Origin: Mycobacteriales bacterium
GTDB taxonomy: Bacteria > Actinomycetota > Actinomycetes > Mycobacteriales > SCTD01
NCBI GenBank assembly: GCA_046595615.1
Contig: JBKJOO010000198.1
Location: 1-44,951, forward strand
Direction of reading: 5' to 3'
Length of the DNA stretch: 44,951 nucleotides
The notes beneath the pieces are model-generated. The model worked only from the letters and a program-made list of their open reading frames with translations. It had not been told where the DNA came from and did no database searches. A program made the position numbers and the translations under genes. This document shows positions 1 to 8,893 of the stretch, piece by piece; the stretch's first letter is position 1, and each line of letters begins with the position of its first letter.

Positions 1-618
1 GAGCATGACCGGCTTGTGCGAGGAGCCGACGGCCTGCAGCAGCGGGAAGTTCTGCATGTTGCGGGTGCCGATCTGCAGCATGTCGGCCCATTCGGCGACG
101 AGCGGTACGTCGGCGGCATCGACGACCTCCGTGACGATCGGCAGGCCGGTCTGTTCGCGGACCTCGGCCAGGATGCGCAACCCTTTCTCGCCGAGGCCCT
201 GGAAGGCGTACGGGCTCGTCCTGGGCTTGAAGGCGCCGCCCCGCAGCAGGGTGGCGCCAGCAGCTTTGGCCATCTCGGCTGCGGCGAGGGTCTGTTCAGG
301 GGTCTCGACGGCGCAGGGACCGGCGATCAGGGTGAAGGTGCCCGGGCCGATCGGGACGCTGCCGACGGTGACGGTGGTGGCCTCTGGGTGGTTCTCCCGG
401 CTGACCAGCTTGTAGGGCTTGCTGACCCGGACCACCTCGCCGACCCCCGGCATCGCCCGCAGGTTCAGGCCCTGGAAGGCCACGACATCGCCGACCAGCC
501 CGACGATCGTGCGCTGGACACCGCGACTGACGAAGGCAGCGCCACCGGCCGCCTCGACGCGCGCCACGACGGCGTCGATGAGCTCGGGGGCAGCGCCGGG
601 GCGCATCACGACGACCAT
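1..618 (-). CDS. aroF: 3-deoxy-7-phosphoheptulonate (DAHP) synthase, class I-beta with N-terminal regulatory domain; partial, runs off left edge
   Basis: Not in ORF track; manual translation from ATG at 618: [12 protein letters not shown]...IAGPCAVE...[19 protein letters not shown]...[14 protein letters not shown]; IAGPC and KPRTSPY are class I-beta motifs. Confidence 0.93.
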   Translation of the reverse strand, partial: MVVVMRPGAAPELIDAVVARVEAAGGAAFVSRGVQRTIVGLVGDVVAFQGLNLRAMPGVGEVVRVSKPYKLVSRENHPEATTVTVGSVPIGPGTFTLIAGPCAVETPEQTLAAAEMAKAAGATLLRGGAFKPRTSPYAFQGLGEKGLRILAEVREQTGLPIVTEVVDAADVPLVAEWADMLQIGTRNMQNFPLLQAVGSSHKPVML

Positions 619-631
619 GGGAAAGCCTCTC

Positions 632-668
632 AGGAACGAAGAGAGCCCCGGGCAGGTGCCCGGGGCTC
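632..668 (-). terminator. Attenuator terminator hairpin upstream of aroF
   Basis: Perfect inverted repeat GAGCCCCGGGCA/TGCCCGGGGCTC (643-668) followed on the minus strand by pyrimidine-rich TCTTCGTTCCT. Confidence 0.7.
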
Positions 669-685
669 GTGGTGGTCAGGGTGCG

Positions 686-742
686 TCAGCAAGCACCCGA
701 CCGGGAGACCCGGGTCGGGAAGCCATACCACTTCGTCAGCAC
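686..742 (-). CDS. Putative aromatic amino acid-sensing leader peptide (MLTKWYGFPTRVSRSGAC)
   Basis: 18-aa GTG..TGA ORF with clustered Trp, Tyr, Phe codons; TAGGTT -10 box 6 nt before GTG; lies ahead of the terminator and aroF. Confidence 0.75.
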   Translation of the reverse strand: MLTKWYGFPTRVSRSGAC

Positions 743-798
743 GCGGCGAACCTACCCCACCGGACGGGAGGTGCGCGGCGCGAGGGACACTCATGTGC

Positions 799-1446
799 GT
801 GACCACGCCGTTCAGCAGGCTCGGGGCCAGGAAACGAGCCGAGGGTGTCGGGGCCGACCGCCTCCCGCCGGGCCAGTACATCCCCCGCGGCTGGCCTGTC
901 CTGCATTACGGACGGGTGCCCACCTTCAAGCCGGACACCTGGGACTTCAAGGTTTTCGGCCGGACGGCGTCCGGTGACCAGCTGTCGTGGTCGTGGCCGG
1001 AGGTCGGCCACCTGCCCCGGACCACCGTCGGCGCGGACTTCCACTGCGTGACCAAGTTCTCCCTGCTGGACTGCACCTGGCGCGGCATCGCCACCAGCAC
1101 CTTCCTCGACCTCGTCCCGCCAGCCGCAGACGTCAGCCACGTGATGGTCTGGGCGGAGTACGGCTACGGCGCCAACATGAGGCTCGAGGACTTCGCCTCG
1201 GCGCAGGCGCTGTTCGTGACCCACAAGGATGGCGAGCAGTTGACCGCCGAGCACGGTTACCCGTTGCGGCTCGTCGTCCCGCATCTGTACGCCTGGAAGG
1301 GGCCAAAGTGGGTCCGCGCGGTCGAGTACATGTCGCAGGACCGCCGCGGGTTCTGGGAGGAGCGCGGCTACCACAATCGGGCTGACCCGTGGCAGGAGCA
1401 GCGCTACTCCTACCAGGAGGAGCCGGGCGACGGTCCCGAGCTCTGA
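799..1446 (+). CDS. Sulfite oxidase-like molybdopterin-binding oxidoreductase
   Basis: RLPPGQY, DFHCVTKFS, HGYPLRLVVPHLYAWKGPKW, GFWEERGYH motifs; start GTG 799 (or ATG 793); the N-terminal part of the listed 16..1446 ORF is antisense to aroF. Confidence 0.88.
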   Translation: MTTPFSRLGARKRAEGVGADRLPPGQYIPRGWPVLHYGRVPTFKPDTWDFKVFGRTASGDQLSWSWPEVGHLPRTTVGADFHCVTKFSLLDCTWRGIATSTFLDLVPPAADVSHVMVWAEYGYGANMRLEDFASAQALFVTHKDGEQLTAEHGYPLRLVVPHLYAWKGPKWVRAVEYMSQDRRGFWEERGYHNRADPWQEQRYSYQEEPGDGPEL

Positions 1447-1547
1447 CCTGCGCGGGCTGCTCGGAGCCGGTCGGCAGGGGGCTCCCGCCGCGTCGGCTCG
1501 CCCTGGTCGCAGGTCGCTGCTCGTCGGTTGCCGCGCCTACCAACCCA

Positions 1548-1813
1548 GTTGATCTTTGCGCGGTGGCCGAGCGCAGGGCGCCGCTTCGGCTGCCACTTCC
1601 CCCGTCGTACGACGAGCTCAACAACGACATACCGCCACAAGAAGGGCCACGCCGGTGGGGCAAGTGGTCATCCCGTCCCGGCAACGTCGGACCCCGCGCG
1701 ACCTGCCGGACCCGCCGGTTGCCGCACCTGCCGGTTGCCGGAACGCCGTTGACCTGGTTGATCTTTGTGCGGTGACCGCGCTGGGACCTGCTCTGCGGCG
1801 CGCAAAGATCAAC
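1548..1813. repeat. REP-like palindromic element family A (GTTGATCTTTG...CAAAGATCAAC): full copy 1757-1813, half copy 1548-1569
   Basis: Inverted terminal repeats in an intergenic gap between convergent genes; related GATGATCTTTGCG near 27591. Confidence 0.6.
1592..1667. repeat. REP-like element family B, copy 1 (GCCACTTCCCCC...GGGG.AGTGG)
   Basis: Aligns by eye with 8771-8846 (shared GCCACTTCCCCC, CGACGAG, CACAA.AAGG.CCACG, AGTGG). Confidence 0.55.
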
Positions 1814-1937
1814 AAGCGCGAGCTCGGCGGCCCGCCCGGCCCCGCCAGTCCCCGCCCGGCCCGCGAAGGCGAGGGGCGGCGCTCCACGCCAGGCAAGGCT
1901 CGCCGGGTTTGGCCGCACCCGACCCAACCAGCCGGTG

Positions 1938-2813
1938 TCAGACCTCGAGCCGGCCGGTGGTGCCCTCGGCGCCGTGCCGCGGGCCGACCTCGGTCAGCAC
2001 CATCGCGGCGAGCACGAGCACGGCGCCGGCAGCGGTGCGCAGCCCGAACGCCTCGCCGGCCACGCCGACCGCGAACACCCCACCGAACACCGGTTCCATC
2101 GTCATCACGACGGCGGCGCGGGTCGGCGCCATATGGGCCTGTGCCCAGGTCTGCACGACGAAGGCCAGCGCGGTGGCGGCCAGCGAGGTGAGCGCCAGCG
2201 CCCCCCAGACACCGGCGTCGGGCGGCATCGCGAGGCCGCCCGGAACCGCCACGACAGCGCTCAGCCCGGCGACGGTGAGCAGCTGGACGACGGCCAGCCC
2301 GAACACGTCGTACGACGAGGCATGGCGGCCCAGGCCGACGATGTGCAGCGCGAAGGCGGCCGCACAGCCCAGCGTGAGCAGCTCGCCGGTGCCGACCGTG
2401 AGGCCGTGCAGCGAGAGCAGCCCGAGGCCGATGGTGGCGAGGGCGACCGCAGCCCAGGCCGCGCGGCCGGGTGGTTCGCGTAGCAGCACCGCCGCCCCGA
2501 GCGGGGTGAGCACCACGAACATGCCGGTGACGAAGCCGCTGACCGCCGCGCTGGTGGTCTGCAGCCCGAGCGTCTGCAGCAGGTAGCCGGCGCCGAGCGC
2601 GAGCCCGAGCACCATCCCGACGCGGCGTCCCCTGCTGCCGAGGCGGGCCACGGCCCGGGGGCGCAGCAGGATCATGGCAAGAGCGGCGAGGGCGAACCGC
2701 CAGGCGAGGAAATCGGTGACCGGCATCTGCCGGACGGCATCCTTGACGACGACGAAGGTGGAGCCCCAGACCGCCGTCACGCCGACCAGGGCCAGGGTGG
2801 GCCGGTCAGGCAC
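1938..2813 (-). CDS. EamA/DMT family transporter
   Basis: VWGSTFVVVK start, about 10 hydrophobic segments, MTMEPVF motif. Confidence 0.9.
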   Translation of the reverse strand: MPDRPTLALVGVTAVWGSTFVVVKDAVRQMPVTDFLAWRFALAALAMILLRPRAVARLGSRGRRVGMVLGLALGAGYLLQTLGLQTTSAAVSGFVTGMFVVLTPLGAAVLLREPPGRAAWAAVALATIGLGLLSLHGLTVGTGELLTLGCAAAFALHIVGLGRHASSYDVFGLAVVQLLTVAGLSAVVAVPGGLAMPPDAGVWGALALTSLAATALAFVVQTWAQAHMAPTRAAVVMTMEPVFGGVFAVGVAGEAFGLRTAAGAVLVLAAMVLTEVGPRHGAEGTTGRLEV

Positions 2814-2831
2814 GGGCGGCTGCGGCCACGC

Positions 2832-3692
2832 TCAGGCGTCGCGCAGGGAGCACAGGAGCTCGATGTCGCGGCGGTGCGCGGCCGCGTCGCCGGGGGTCTC
2901 GACGATGACCGGGACGTTGCGGGTCGCCGGGTGGCGGAACAGCTCGGCAAACGGGTCCTTGCCGATGTGCCCGTCCCCGATGCCGGCGTGCCGGTCGCGG
3001 GCCGAGCCGAGCGGGTCCTTGGAGTCGTTGGCGTGCACCAGGGCGAGCCGGCCCCGGCCGACCGCCTTGACGAGCGCGTCGAGCGTGCGCTTCATGCCGC
3101 CGGGCGCCGCGAGGTCGTGCCCGGCGGCGAAGGCGTGGCAGGTGTCCAGGCAGACGCCGAGCCGGGGATGGTTGTCGAGCTGGGCGAACCACGCGCCGAG
3201 ATCTTGCACCGTCGCGGCGAGGGCCTGCCCACCGCCGGCGGTCGGCTCGACGAGCAGGCGGGGACCGTTGTCCGGGACCTCGTCGAGCACGGGCAGCAGG
3301 CGCTCCCGCAACTGCGCCAGGGCCACGTCGCGGTGCGCGCCGGCGACGGCGCTGCCGGCGTGGACGACGACGCCGGCCGCACCGATGGCGGCGCCCCGTC
3401 GCAGGGCGTGCCGGACGGCCTCGATGCTCCGGTCGAGTGTCACCTGGGTCGGTGAGCCGAAGTTGACGAGATAGGGGGCGTGCACGAAGGCCGGGATCCG
3501 GTCGTCGGAGCAGCGCCGCCGGAAGGCCTCGTCGTGCGCCGGGTCGCCCGCGCTCGGCGCCCAGCCCCGGGGGTTGGACACGAAGACCTGCACCGCGGCG
3601 GCGCCGATCTCGCGGGCGTAGGCCAGACCCTTCACCAGGCCCCCGGCGACGGGGACGTGACTGCCCACGGCGGAGGGCTTGCGGGGTGGCAC
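2832..3692 (-). CDS. nfo: Endonuclease IV (AP endonuclease)
   Basis: GSHV, QVFVSNPRGW, HAPYLVN, CLDTCHAFAAG, HANDSK, DRHAGIG, ETP motifs. Confidence 0.93.
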   Translation of the reverse strand: MPPRKPSAVGSHVPVAGGLVKGLAYAREIGAAAVQVFVSNPRGWAPSAGDPAHDEAFRRRCSDDRIPAFVHAPYLVNFGSPTQVTLDRSIEAVRHALRRGAAIGAAGVVVHAGSAVAGAHRDVALAQLRERLLPVLDEVPDNGPRLLVEPTAGGGQALAATVQDLGAWFAQLDNHPRLGVCLDTCHAFAAGHDLAAPGGMKRTLDALVKAVGRGRLALVHANDSKDPLGSARDRHAGIGDGHIGKDPFAELFRHPATRNVPVIVETPGDAAAHRRDIELLCSLRDA

Positions 3693-3717
3693 GTGGGAAG
3701 GGTGGCAGACCGGGTGG

Positions 3718-5595
3718 TCAGAACGCGTACAGGGTCACCGTCGAGCCGCGTCGGACCATGGTGCCGCCACCGGGGCTGGTCCGCAGGACCAGACCCGGGC
3801 CACCGGGGAAGGCCAGCACGTTGGTCTTCAGACCGAGTGCCTGCAGGGCGCCGACCGCCCGGTCCCGGTCGTCGCCGGTCAGGTCGGGGAGCTTCACGAG
3901 GTCCGGTCCCTTGCTGACGACCAGGGCGACGGTCGACCCGAGGTCCACCGCCCCGCGGTTGGGCGACTGGTCCAGCACGAGGGCCTTGGCGACGGTGTCG
4001 TTGAACATCTGGCTGGTGGTCACGACGAAGCCGGCCTTGCCCAGGGCGGCCGTTGCGGCAGCGATGTCCTTGCCGCGTACGTCGGGGACGGCGACCTGTT
4101 GCACGCCCTTGCTGACGACGAGCGAGACGGGGGTGCCCGGCTTGAGCCGGCTGCCGACCGCCGGGTCGGTGCGAACGACGATGCCCTTGGCCACCGTCCG
4201 GGAGAACACCAACGCCGTGCTCCGGTAGGCCAGGCCGGCCGTGCTGAGCGCCGACCGGCTGGCCGGTTCGGTCGACCCGACGACGTCGGGCACCCGCCGG
4301 CGGTCCGGGCCGAGGGAGAACACGAGCGTCACGGCGCCGTGCCGGCCGATCCGGGCGCCCGGTCGCGGCGACTGGTCCAGCACCTCCCCGGCCGGGATCG
4401 CTTCGCTGCTGACCGCCCGGCCGAGCCGGATCCCGAGGCCCCCCTTGGTGAGCACCTGTCGGGCGGCCGCCTTGTCCAGGCTCAGCACACCGGGCGTCTT
4501 GGTGAACCGCACCTCCCCGAGGTAGTAGCCGCCGCCGCCCGCGAGCAACGCCAGCAGGGCGACGACGGCCAGGGCGATGCGTCCCCGCCGCCGTCGACGT
4601 GGCCGGTCCGGACCCGCCACGGTCGACGGCCGCGCGGGGGACGCGGTCACCGCCGCCCCGACCGGCTCGGGCCGAGGCACGACCAGGGTGCGGTGCAGCG
4701 CACCGGACCGGCGTACGACGGTGAGGTCGGTCTGCAGGGCGGACCGCACGGCCCGGAGCTCGGCCAGCAGCGCGCCGCCGTCCGCTGGCCGGCCGGCGGG
4801 GTCGCGCCGGGTAGCCCGGAGCACCAGGGCGTCAACCGCCGGTGGTAGCTGCGCGACGACGGTGGACGGGGGTGGCACCTCGCTGCGGACGTGCTGCAGG
4901 GCCACCGACAGGGGCGTCTCACCGGTGTAGGGCTGAAGTCCGGTGAGGGCCTCCCACAGCAGGATGCCGGCGGCGTAGACGTCGGAGCGGGCATCGGCGC
5001 GGCCCGTCTCGACCTGCTCGGGCGCCAGGTAGGCGACCGTGCCGATGAGCAGGCCGGTGGTCGCGGTGAGGTTGCTCGCCTCGACCGCCCGGGCCAGGCC
5101 GAAGTCGGCCACCTTGATCCGGCCGTCGTCGGCGAGCAGGACGTTCTCGGGCTTGATGTCGCGGTGCACGAGCCCGGCGGCGTGCGCGGCGGCGAGCGCG
5201 ACGAGCACCGGTTCCAACAGTTCGAGCGCCTGGGCCGGCGGCAGCGCGCCGCGCTCGCGCAGCAGGTCGCGCAGGTTGCGGCCGCGGACGTGCTCCATGA
5301 CGAGGTAGGCGAGTCCGGTGCCGGCGTCGGTGCCCTGGTCGTAGACGGCGACGACCTCGGCGCTGGACAGTCGCGCCGACGCCCGCGCCTCACGGGTGAA
5401 GCGGGCTACGAACTCCGGGTCGTCGGCGAGGGCCCGGTGCATCACCTTGACCGCCACGGTGCGGTCGAGCCGGGTGTCGTTGGCGAGGAAGACGGTCGCC
5501 ATGCCGCCGCGGGCGATCAGGCTGTCGAGGCGGTACCGGTCGTCGAGCAACCGCCCCACCAGGGGGTCCACGAGTTCCTCGGTGGTCATCTCCAT
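3718..5595 (-). CDS. pknL: PASTA-domain Ser/Thr protein kinase (PknL/Stk1-like)
   Basis: IARGGMA, VAVK, HRDIKPEN, DFGLAR, single TM, about four PASTA repeats; near an Rv2175c homolog as for mycobacterial pknL. Confidence 0.85.
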   Translation of the reverse strand: MEMTTEELVDPLVGRLLDDRYRLDSLIARGGMATVFLANDTRLDRTVAVKVMHRALADDPEFVARFTREARASARLSSAEVVAVYDQGTDAGTGLAYLVMEHVRGRNLRDLLRERGALPPAQALELLEPVLVALAAAHAAGLVHRDIKPENVLLADDGRIKVADFGLARAVEASNLTATTGLLIGTVAYLAPEQVETGRADARSDVYAAGILLWEALTGLQPYTGETPLSVALQHVRSEVPPPSTVVAQLPPAVDALVLRATRRDPAGRPADGGALLAELRAVRSALQTDLTVVRRSGALHRTLVVPRPEPVGAAVTASPARPSTVAGPDRPRRRRRGRIALAVVALLALLAGGGGYYLGEVRFTKTPGVLSLDKAAARQVLTKGGLGIRLGRAVSSEAIPAGEVLDQSPRPGARIGRHGAVTLVFSLGPDRRRVPDVVGSTEPASRSALSTAGLAYRSTALVFSRTVAKGIVVRTDPAVGSRLKPGTPVSLVVSKGVQQVAVPDVRGKDIAAATAALGKAGFVVTTSQMFNDTVAKALVLDQSPNRGAVDLGSTVALVVSKGPDLVKLPDLTGDDRDRAVGALQALGLKTNVLAFPGGPGLVLRTSPGGGTMVRRGSTVTLYAF

Positions 5596-5667
5596 CGGAA
5601 CCCCACTGTAGGTCGTCCGGCGGCGCGGGCAGTGCAGGCGCGCTCGCCGCCCTGGCCCCAGGGCGGA

Positions 5668-6570
5668 TCAGCCGTTGCGGAACCGCGGCCGCAGGACGGC
5701 GACGCTGAGGATGTAGGCGTGCGTCTGCGGCAGCATCCCCTGCGACTGCAGCGACCCCAGCCCCTGGTAGTAGCCGGCCAGCGCGCCGCGCCAGTCCGCT
5801 GTGCTTTGCAGCAGTTGACGCAGCAGCAGCACGCCGGCTTCGATGTTGTCGCGCGCTCTGAGCAGGTCGAAGTGCCGACCGAAGGCCTGATCCAGCGCCC
5901 GGCCGGTGCTGGGGAGGACCTGCATGACCCCGATCGCGTCGACAGGTGAGACGACCTGCTGCTGGAAGCCGCTCTCCTGGTAGGCGACCGCCAGCGCGAA
6001 CGACGCGTCGACGCCGTGCCGGCGGGCGGACGCGGCGATCATCTGCCGGACTTGCCGCCGGCTCGGGCGGGACCGTCCGGCCAAGGTGGCCCGGTGCTGG
6101 GCCACGGACTGCATGACGGCGCCCGGGATGTGCAGGACGGGTTGGGGGGTGGAGGTCCGGCGGACGGCGATGACCAGGTGCTGGCCGATCTGCAAACCGC
6201 TGCTTCGCAGGCGGTTGCGCCTGCGCAGGTCGTCGGTGGAGGTGCCGTAGCGGTTGGCCAGACCCGACAGGGTGTCGCCGCGGCGTACGGCGTACGGGCG
6301 CAACTGCGGGCCCGGGGTGGGCAGCCGGAGCAGGTCGCCGGCATAAATCGTCCCGTTGCCCGGCAGGTGGTTGAGGGCGATCAGCTTCGCGACGGTCGTG
6401 TGGTGCCGCTGGGCGATGCCGCTGAGCGTGTCGCCCCAGCCGATCCGGATGACCGACGGCGCGCCGGCGGTGAGCACCGCGGTCAGCAGCACCAGCAGAC
6501 CGAGCAGCCGCACCGCGCCGGCAGCGCGGCCGAGCCGGCGGTGGCTGGTGCGGCGGTGGTGGTTGGTCAT
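5668..6570 (-). CDS. LysM domain-containing lytic transglycosylase (SLT)
   Basis: Two GDTLSG LysM repeats; QESGF and AIGVMQV SLT motifs, YYQG; ATG 6570 preceded by GAGG RBS. Confidence 0.88.
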   Translation of the reverse strand: MTNHHRRTSHRRLGRAAGAVRLLGLLVLLTAVLTAGAPSVIRIGWGDTLSGIAQRHHTTVAKLIALNHLPGNGTIYAGDLLRLPTPGPQLRPYAVRRGDTLSGLANRYGTSTDDLRRRNRLRSSGLQIGQHLVIAVRRTSTPQPVLHIPGAVMQSVAQHRATLAGRSRPSRRQVRQMIAASARRHGVDASFALAVAYQESGFQQQVVSPVDAIGVMQVLPSTGRALDQAFGRHFDLLRARDNIEAGVLLLRQLLQSTADWRGALAGYYQGLGSLQSQGMLPQTHAYILSVAVLRPRFRNG

Positions 6571-6615
6571 CGGTGTCCTCAGCTCGACGGCGTCCCGTTC
6601 GGGGAACGCTAGAGC

Positions 6616-6669
6616 GCCTGGGACTGATGTGGCAAGCGTGACCAAAGTTATCAGTGTGACGCAATGACA
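6616..6669 (-). promoter_or_regulatory. Array of 9-bp GTCAC-like direct repeats (candidate MtrA-type operator)
   Basis: Minus strand GTCACACTG-ATAACTTTG-GTCACGCTT-GCCACATCA-GTCCCAGGC upstream of a peptidoglycan hydrolase. Confidence 0.4.
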
Positions 6670-6735
6670 GTCCGGATGCCCCTCGACACGCCGTGCAACC
6701 GAGCCACTGCCGGCGGACTACAGTCGGTGGGGTCA

Positions 6736-6831
6736 GACCGGGGAGCTCGCGGAGGCGGGCTGAGAGGCCGACCCGGCAGCACCGTCGGCGACCCGTACCA
6801 CCCGATCCGGGTCATGCCGGCGTGGGGAGTC
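6736..6831 (+). ncRNA. TPP riboswitch
   Basis: GGGGAGC...GCTGAGAGG...GACCCGT..ACCCGATCCGGGTCATGCCGGCGTGGGGAG consensus directly before thiG; TACAGT -10 at 6719-6724. Confidence 0.93.
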
Positions 6832-6835
6832 CCAA

Positions 6836-7651
6836 GTGCAGGATCAACAGTCAGTCCAGGATCAACAGTCAGTGCAGTTCCAGCGGGATCTCCTGGAGAT
6901 CGCCGGCCGGCCCTTCATGAGCCGGTTGCTGGTCGGCACCGGCAAGTTCCGGTCGCACGCGGTCATGCGCGACGCCCTGCTGGCCTCGGCCGCCGAGATC
7001 GTCACGGTGGCGTTGCGCCGGGTCGATCTGACCCGGGCCGGTGCAGGAGACGTGCTCGACTTCGTCCCGTCGCACCTGACGCTGCTGCCCAACACCAGCG
7101 GGGCGGTCGACGCCGACGAGGCGGTGCGCCTCGCCCGGTTGGGGCGTGCGGCGACCGGCGCTGATCTCGTCAAGCTCGAGGTGACCCCTGACCCGCGCAC
7201 CCTTGCGCCAGACCCGATCGAGACGCTCAGGGCCGCCGAGCGGCTCGTCGCCGAGGGCTTCGTCGTCCTGCCGTACTGCTCGGCCGACCCGGTGTTGTGT
7301 CGGCACCTCGAGGAGGCCGGCTGCGCGACCGTCATGCCGCTCGGCGCGTGGATCGGCAGCAACCGCGGGCTGCGCACCCGTGACGCGATCGAGGTCATCG
7401 TCGCCCAGGCCCACGTGCCGGTCGTGGTCGACGCCGGTCTCGGTGTGCCGTCGGACGCGGCCGAGGCGATGGAGGTCGGGGCCGACGCGGTGCTCGTCAA
7501 CACCGCCATCGCGGTGGCGTCGGACCCGGTCGTGATGGCCCGCGCCTTCGCCCTGGCCACCCAGGCCGGCCGGCTCGGCTTCCTGGCCCGCCCCGGCGCC
7601 GTCCTCGACGGGGCCGAGGCCAGCAGCCCGCTCACCGGGTTCCTGTCGTGA
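6836..7651 (+). CDS. thiG: Thiazole synthase
   Basis: [37 protein letters not shown] motifs. Confidence 0.95.
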   Translation: MQDQQSVQDQQSVQFQRDLLEIAGRPFMSRLLVGTGKFRSHAVMRDALLASAAEIVTVALRRVDLTRAGAGDVLDFVPSHLTLLPNTSGAVDADEAVRLARLGRAATGADLVKLEVTPDPRTLAPDPIETLRAAERLVAEGFVVLPYCSADPVLCRHLEEAGCATVMPLGAWIGSNRGLRTRDAIEVIVAQAHVPVVVDAGLGVPSDAAEAMEVGADAVLVNTAIAVASDPVVMARAFALATQAGRLGFLARPGAVLDGAEASSPLTGFLS

Positions 7652-8742
7652 GCACCGCTCCCGGCCGCTTCGCCCGCCACCTCGGCGAGCTGGCTGCCCC
7701 GGCGTACACCGGTGTCGACGAGGCCCTCGCGCATCCCTCGCTGGCCACCCTGCCGACGCTGCTGTCAGCCGAGATGCTGCCCCGGCTGGAGGAGCTCGCA
7801 CAGGCCGCGCGATCGGTGACGCTGCAGCGCTTCGGCCGGGCGGTCCGGCTGTTCGCGCCGGTCTACCTCAGCAACGCCTGCTTGAGCTCGTGCACCTACT
7901 GCGGGTTTTCCAAGGGTCTCGACGTGGCCCGCCGCACGCTCACCGTCGACGAGGTGGTCGCCGAGTGCAAAACGCTGGTGGACAGGGGTTTTCGGCATCT
8001 TCTGCTCGTCTCCGGCGAGCACCGCGTCGAGGTCAGCAAGGCGTACCTGCTGGCCTGCGTCGAGGCGCTCCGGCCCATCGCGCCATCGCTGTCGATCGAG
8101 ACGCAGACTTGGAGCGACGACACCTATGCGTGCCTGGTCGACGCCGGCCTCGAGGGCGTCGTGCACTACCAGGAGACCTACGACCGCGAGCGGTACGCCG
8201 AGACGCACCTCGCCGGCTGGAAGCGCGACTACGACCGGCGGCTCTCGAGCACCGAGCGAGCCGCCGAGGCCGGGGTACGCCGGCTCGGCATCGGTGCGCT
8301 GCTGGGCTTGTCGGCAGACTGGCGGGCCGATGTGCGGGCCGTCGCCGAGCACGCCGTCTGGCTGCAGCGGGAGTACTGGCGCACCGAGGTGACCGTGTCG
8401 CTGCCGCGCATCAAGGCCTCGGCGTCGGGTTTCCAGCCGCTGGTGCCCGTGACCGACGCGGAGTACGTCCAGGCGATGGCTGCGCTGCGGCTGGTCGCCC
8501 CCGAGGCCGGCCTGGTGCTGTCCACCCGCGAACCGGCGGCGCTGCGTGACGGGCTCGTCCGGATCGCGGTCACCACGATGAGCGCCGGCAGCTCCACCGA
8601 ACCCGGTGGCTACCTGACGCCCGGGACAGCGCAGGAGCAGTTCGCGGTCTCGGACGAGCGGACCCCGGCCGAGGTCGCCGCGATGCTGACGGCCGCGGGC
8701 TACGAGCCGGTCTGGAAGGACGCCTTCCCGTTGCACGCCTGA
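7648..8742 (+). CDS. thiH: 2-iminoacetate synthase (radical SAM tyrosine lyase)
   Basis: [18 protein letters not shown] radical SAM motif, [30 protein letters not shown]; GTGA overlap with thiG. Confidence 0.92.
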   Translation: MSTAPGRFARHLGELAAPAYTGVDEALAHPSLATLPTLLSAEMLPRLEELAQAARSVTLQRFGRAVRLFAPVYLSNACLSSCTYCGFSKGLDVARRTLTVDEVVAECKTLVDRGFRHLLLVSGEHRVEVSKAYLLACVEALRPIAPSLSIETQTWSDDTYACLVDAGLEGVVHYQETYDRERYAETHLAGWKRDYDRRLSSTERAAEAGVRRLGIGALLGLSADWRADVRAVAEHAVWLQREYWRTEVTVSLPRIKASASGFQPLVPVTDAEYVQAMAALRLVAPEAGLVLSTREPAALRDGLVRIAVTTMSAGSSTEPGGYLTPGTAQEQFAVSDERTPAEVAAMLTAAGYEPVWKDAFPLHA

Positions 8743-8770
8743 CCTCTGGCCCGGGGCTCGGCGCTCGGCG

Positions 8771-8846
8771 GCCACTTCCCCCATGGTGCGACGAGACCAG
8801 AACGGGCGAGCACGCACAACAAGGACCACGGCCATGGGGGTAGTGG
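8771..8846. repeat. REP-like element family B, copy 2
   Basis: CCACTTCCCCCATGG...CCATGGGGGTAGTGG inverted ends; similar to 1592-1667. Confidence 0.55.
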
Positions 8847-8893
8847 GATCGGTGGCGGCTCCGGGGTCGGTGCCGCTCGCTAGCCTCGGGCCC

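Noticed and set aside
16-792. N-terminal extension of the molybdopterin oxidoreductase
   Set aside because: Antisense to aroF and its leader; family similarity starts near 799.
6571-6720. c-di-AMP (ydaO) riboswitch before the LysM hydrolase
   Set aside because: Plausible by context, but I could not find the consensus elements and the leader appears too short.
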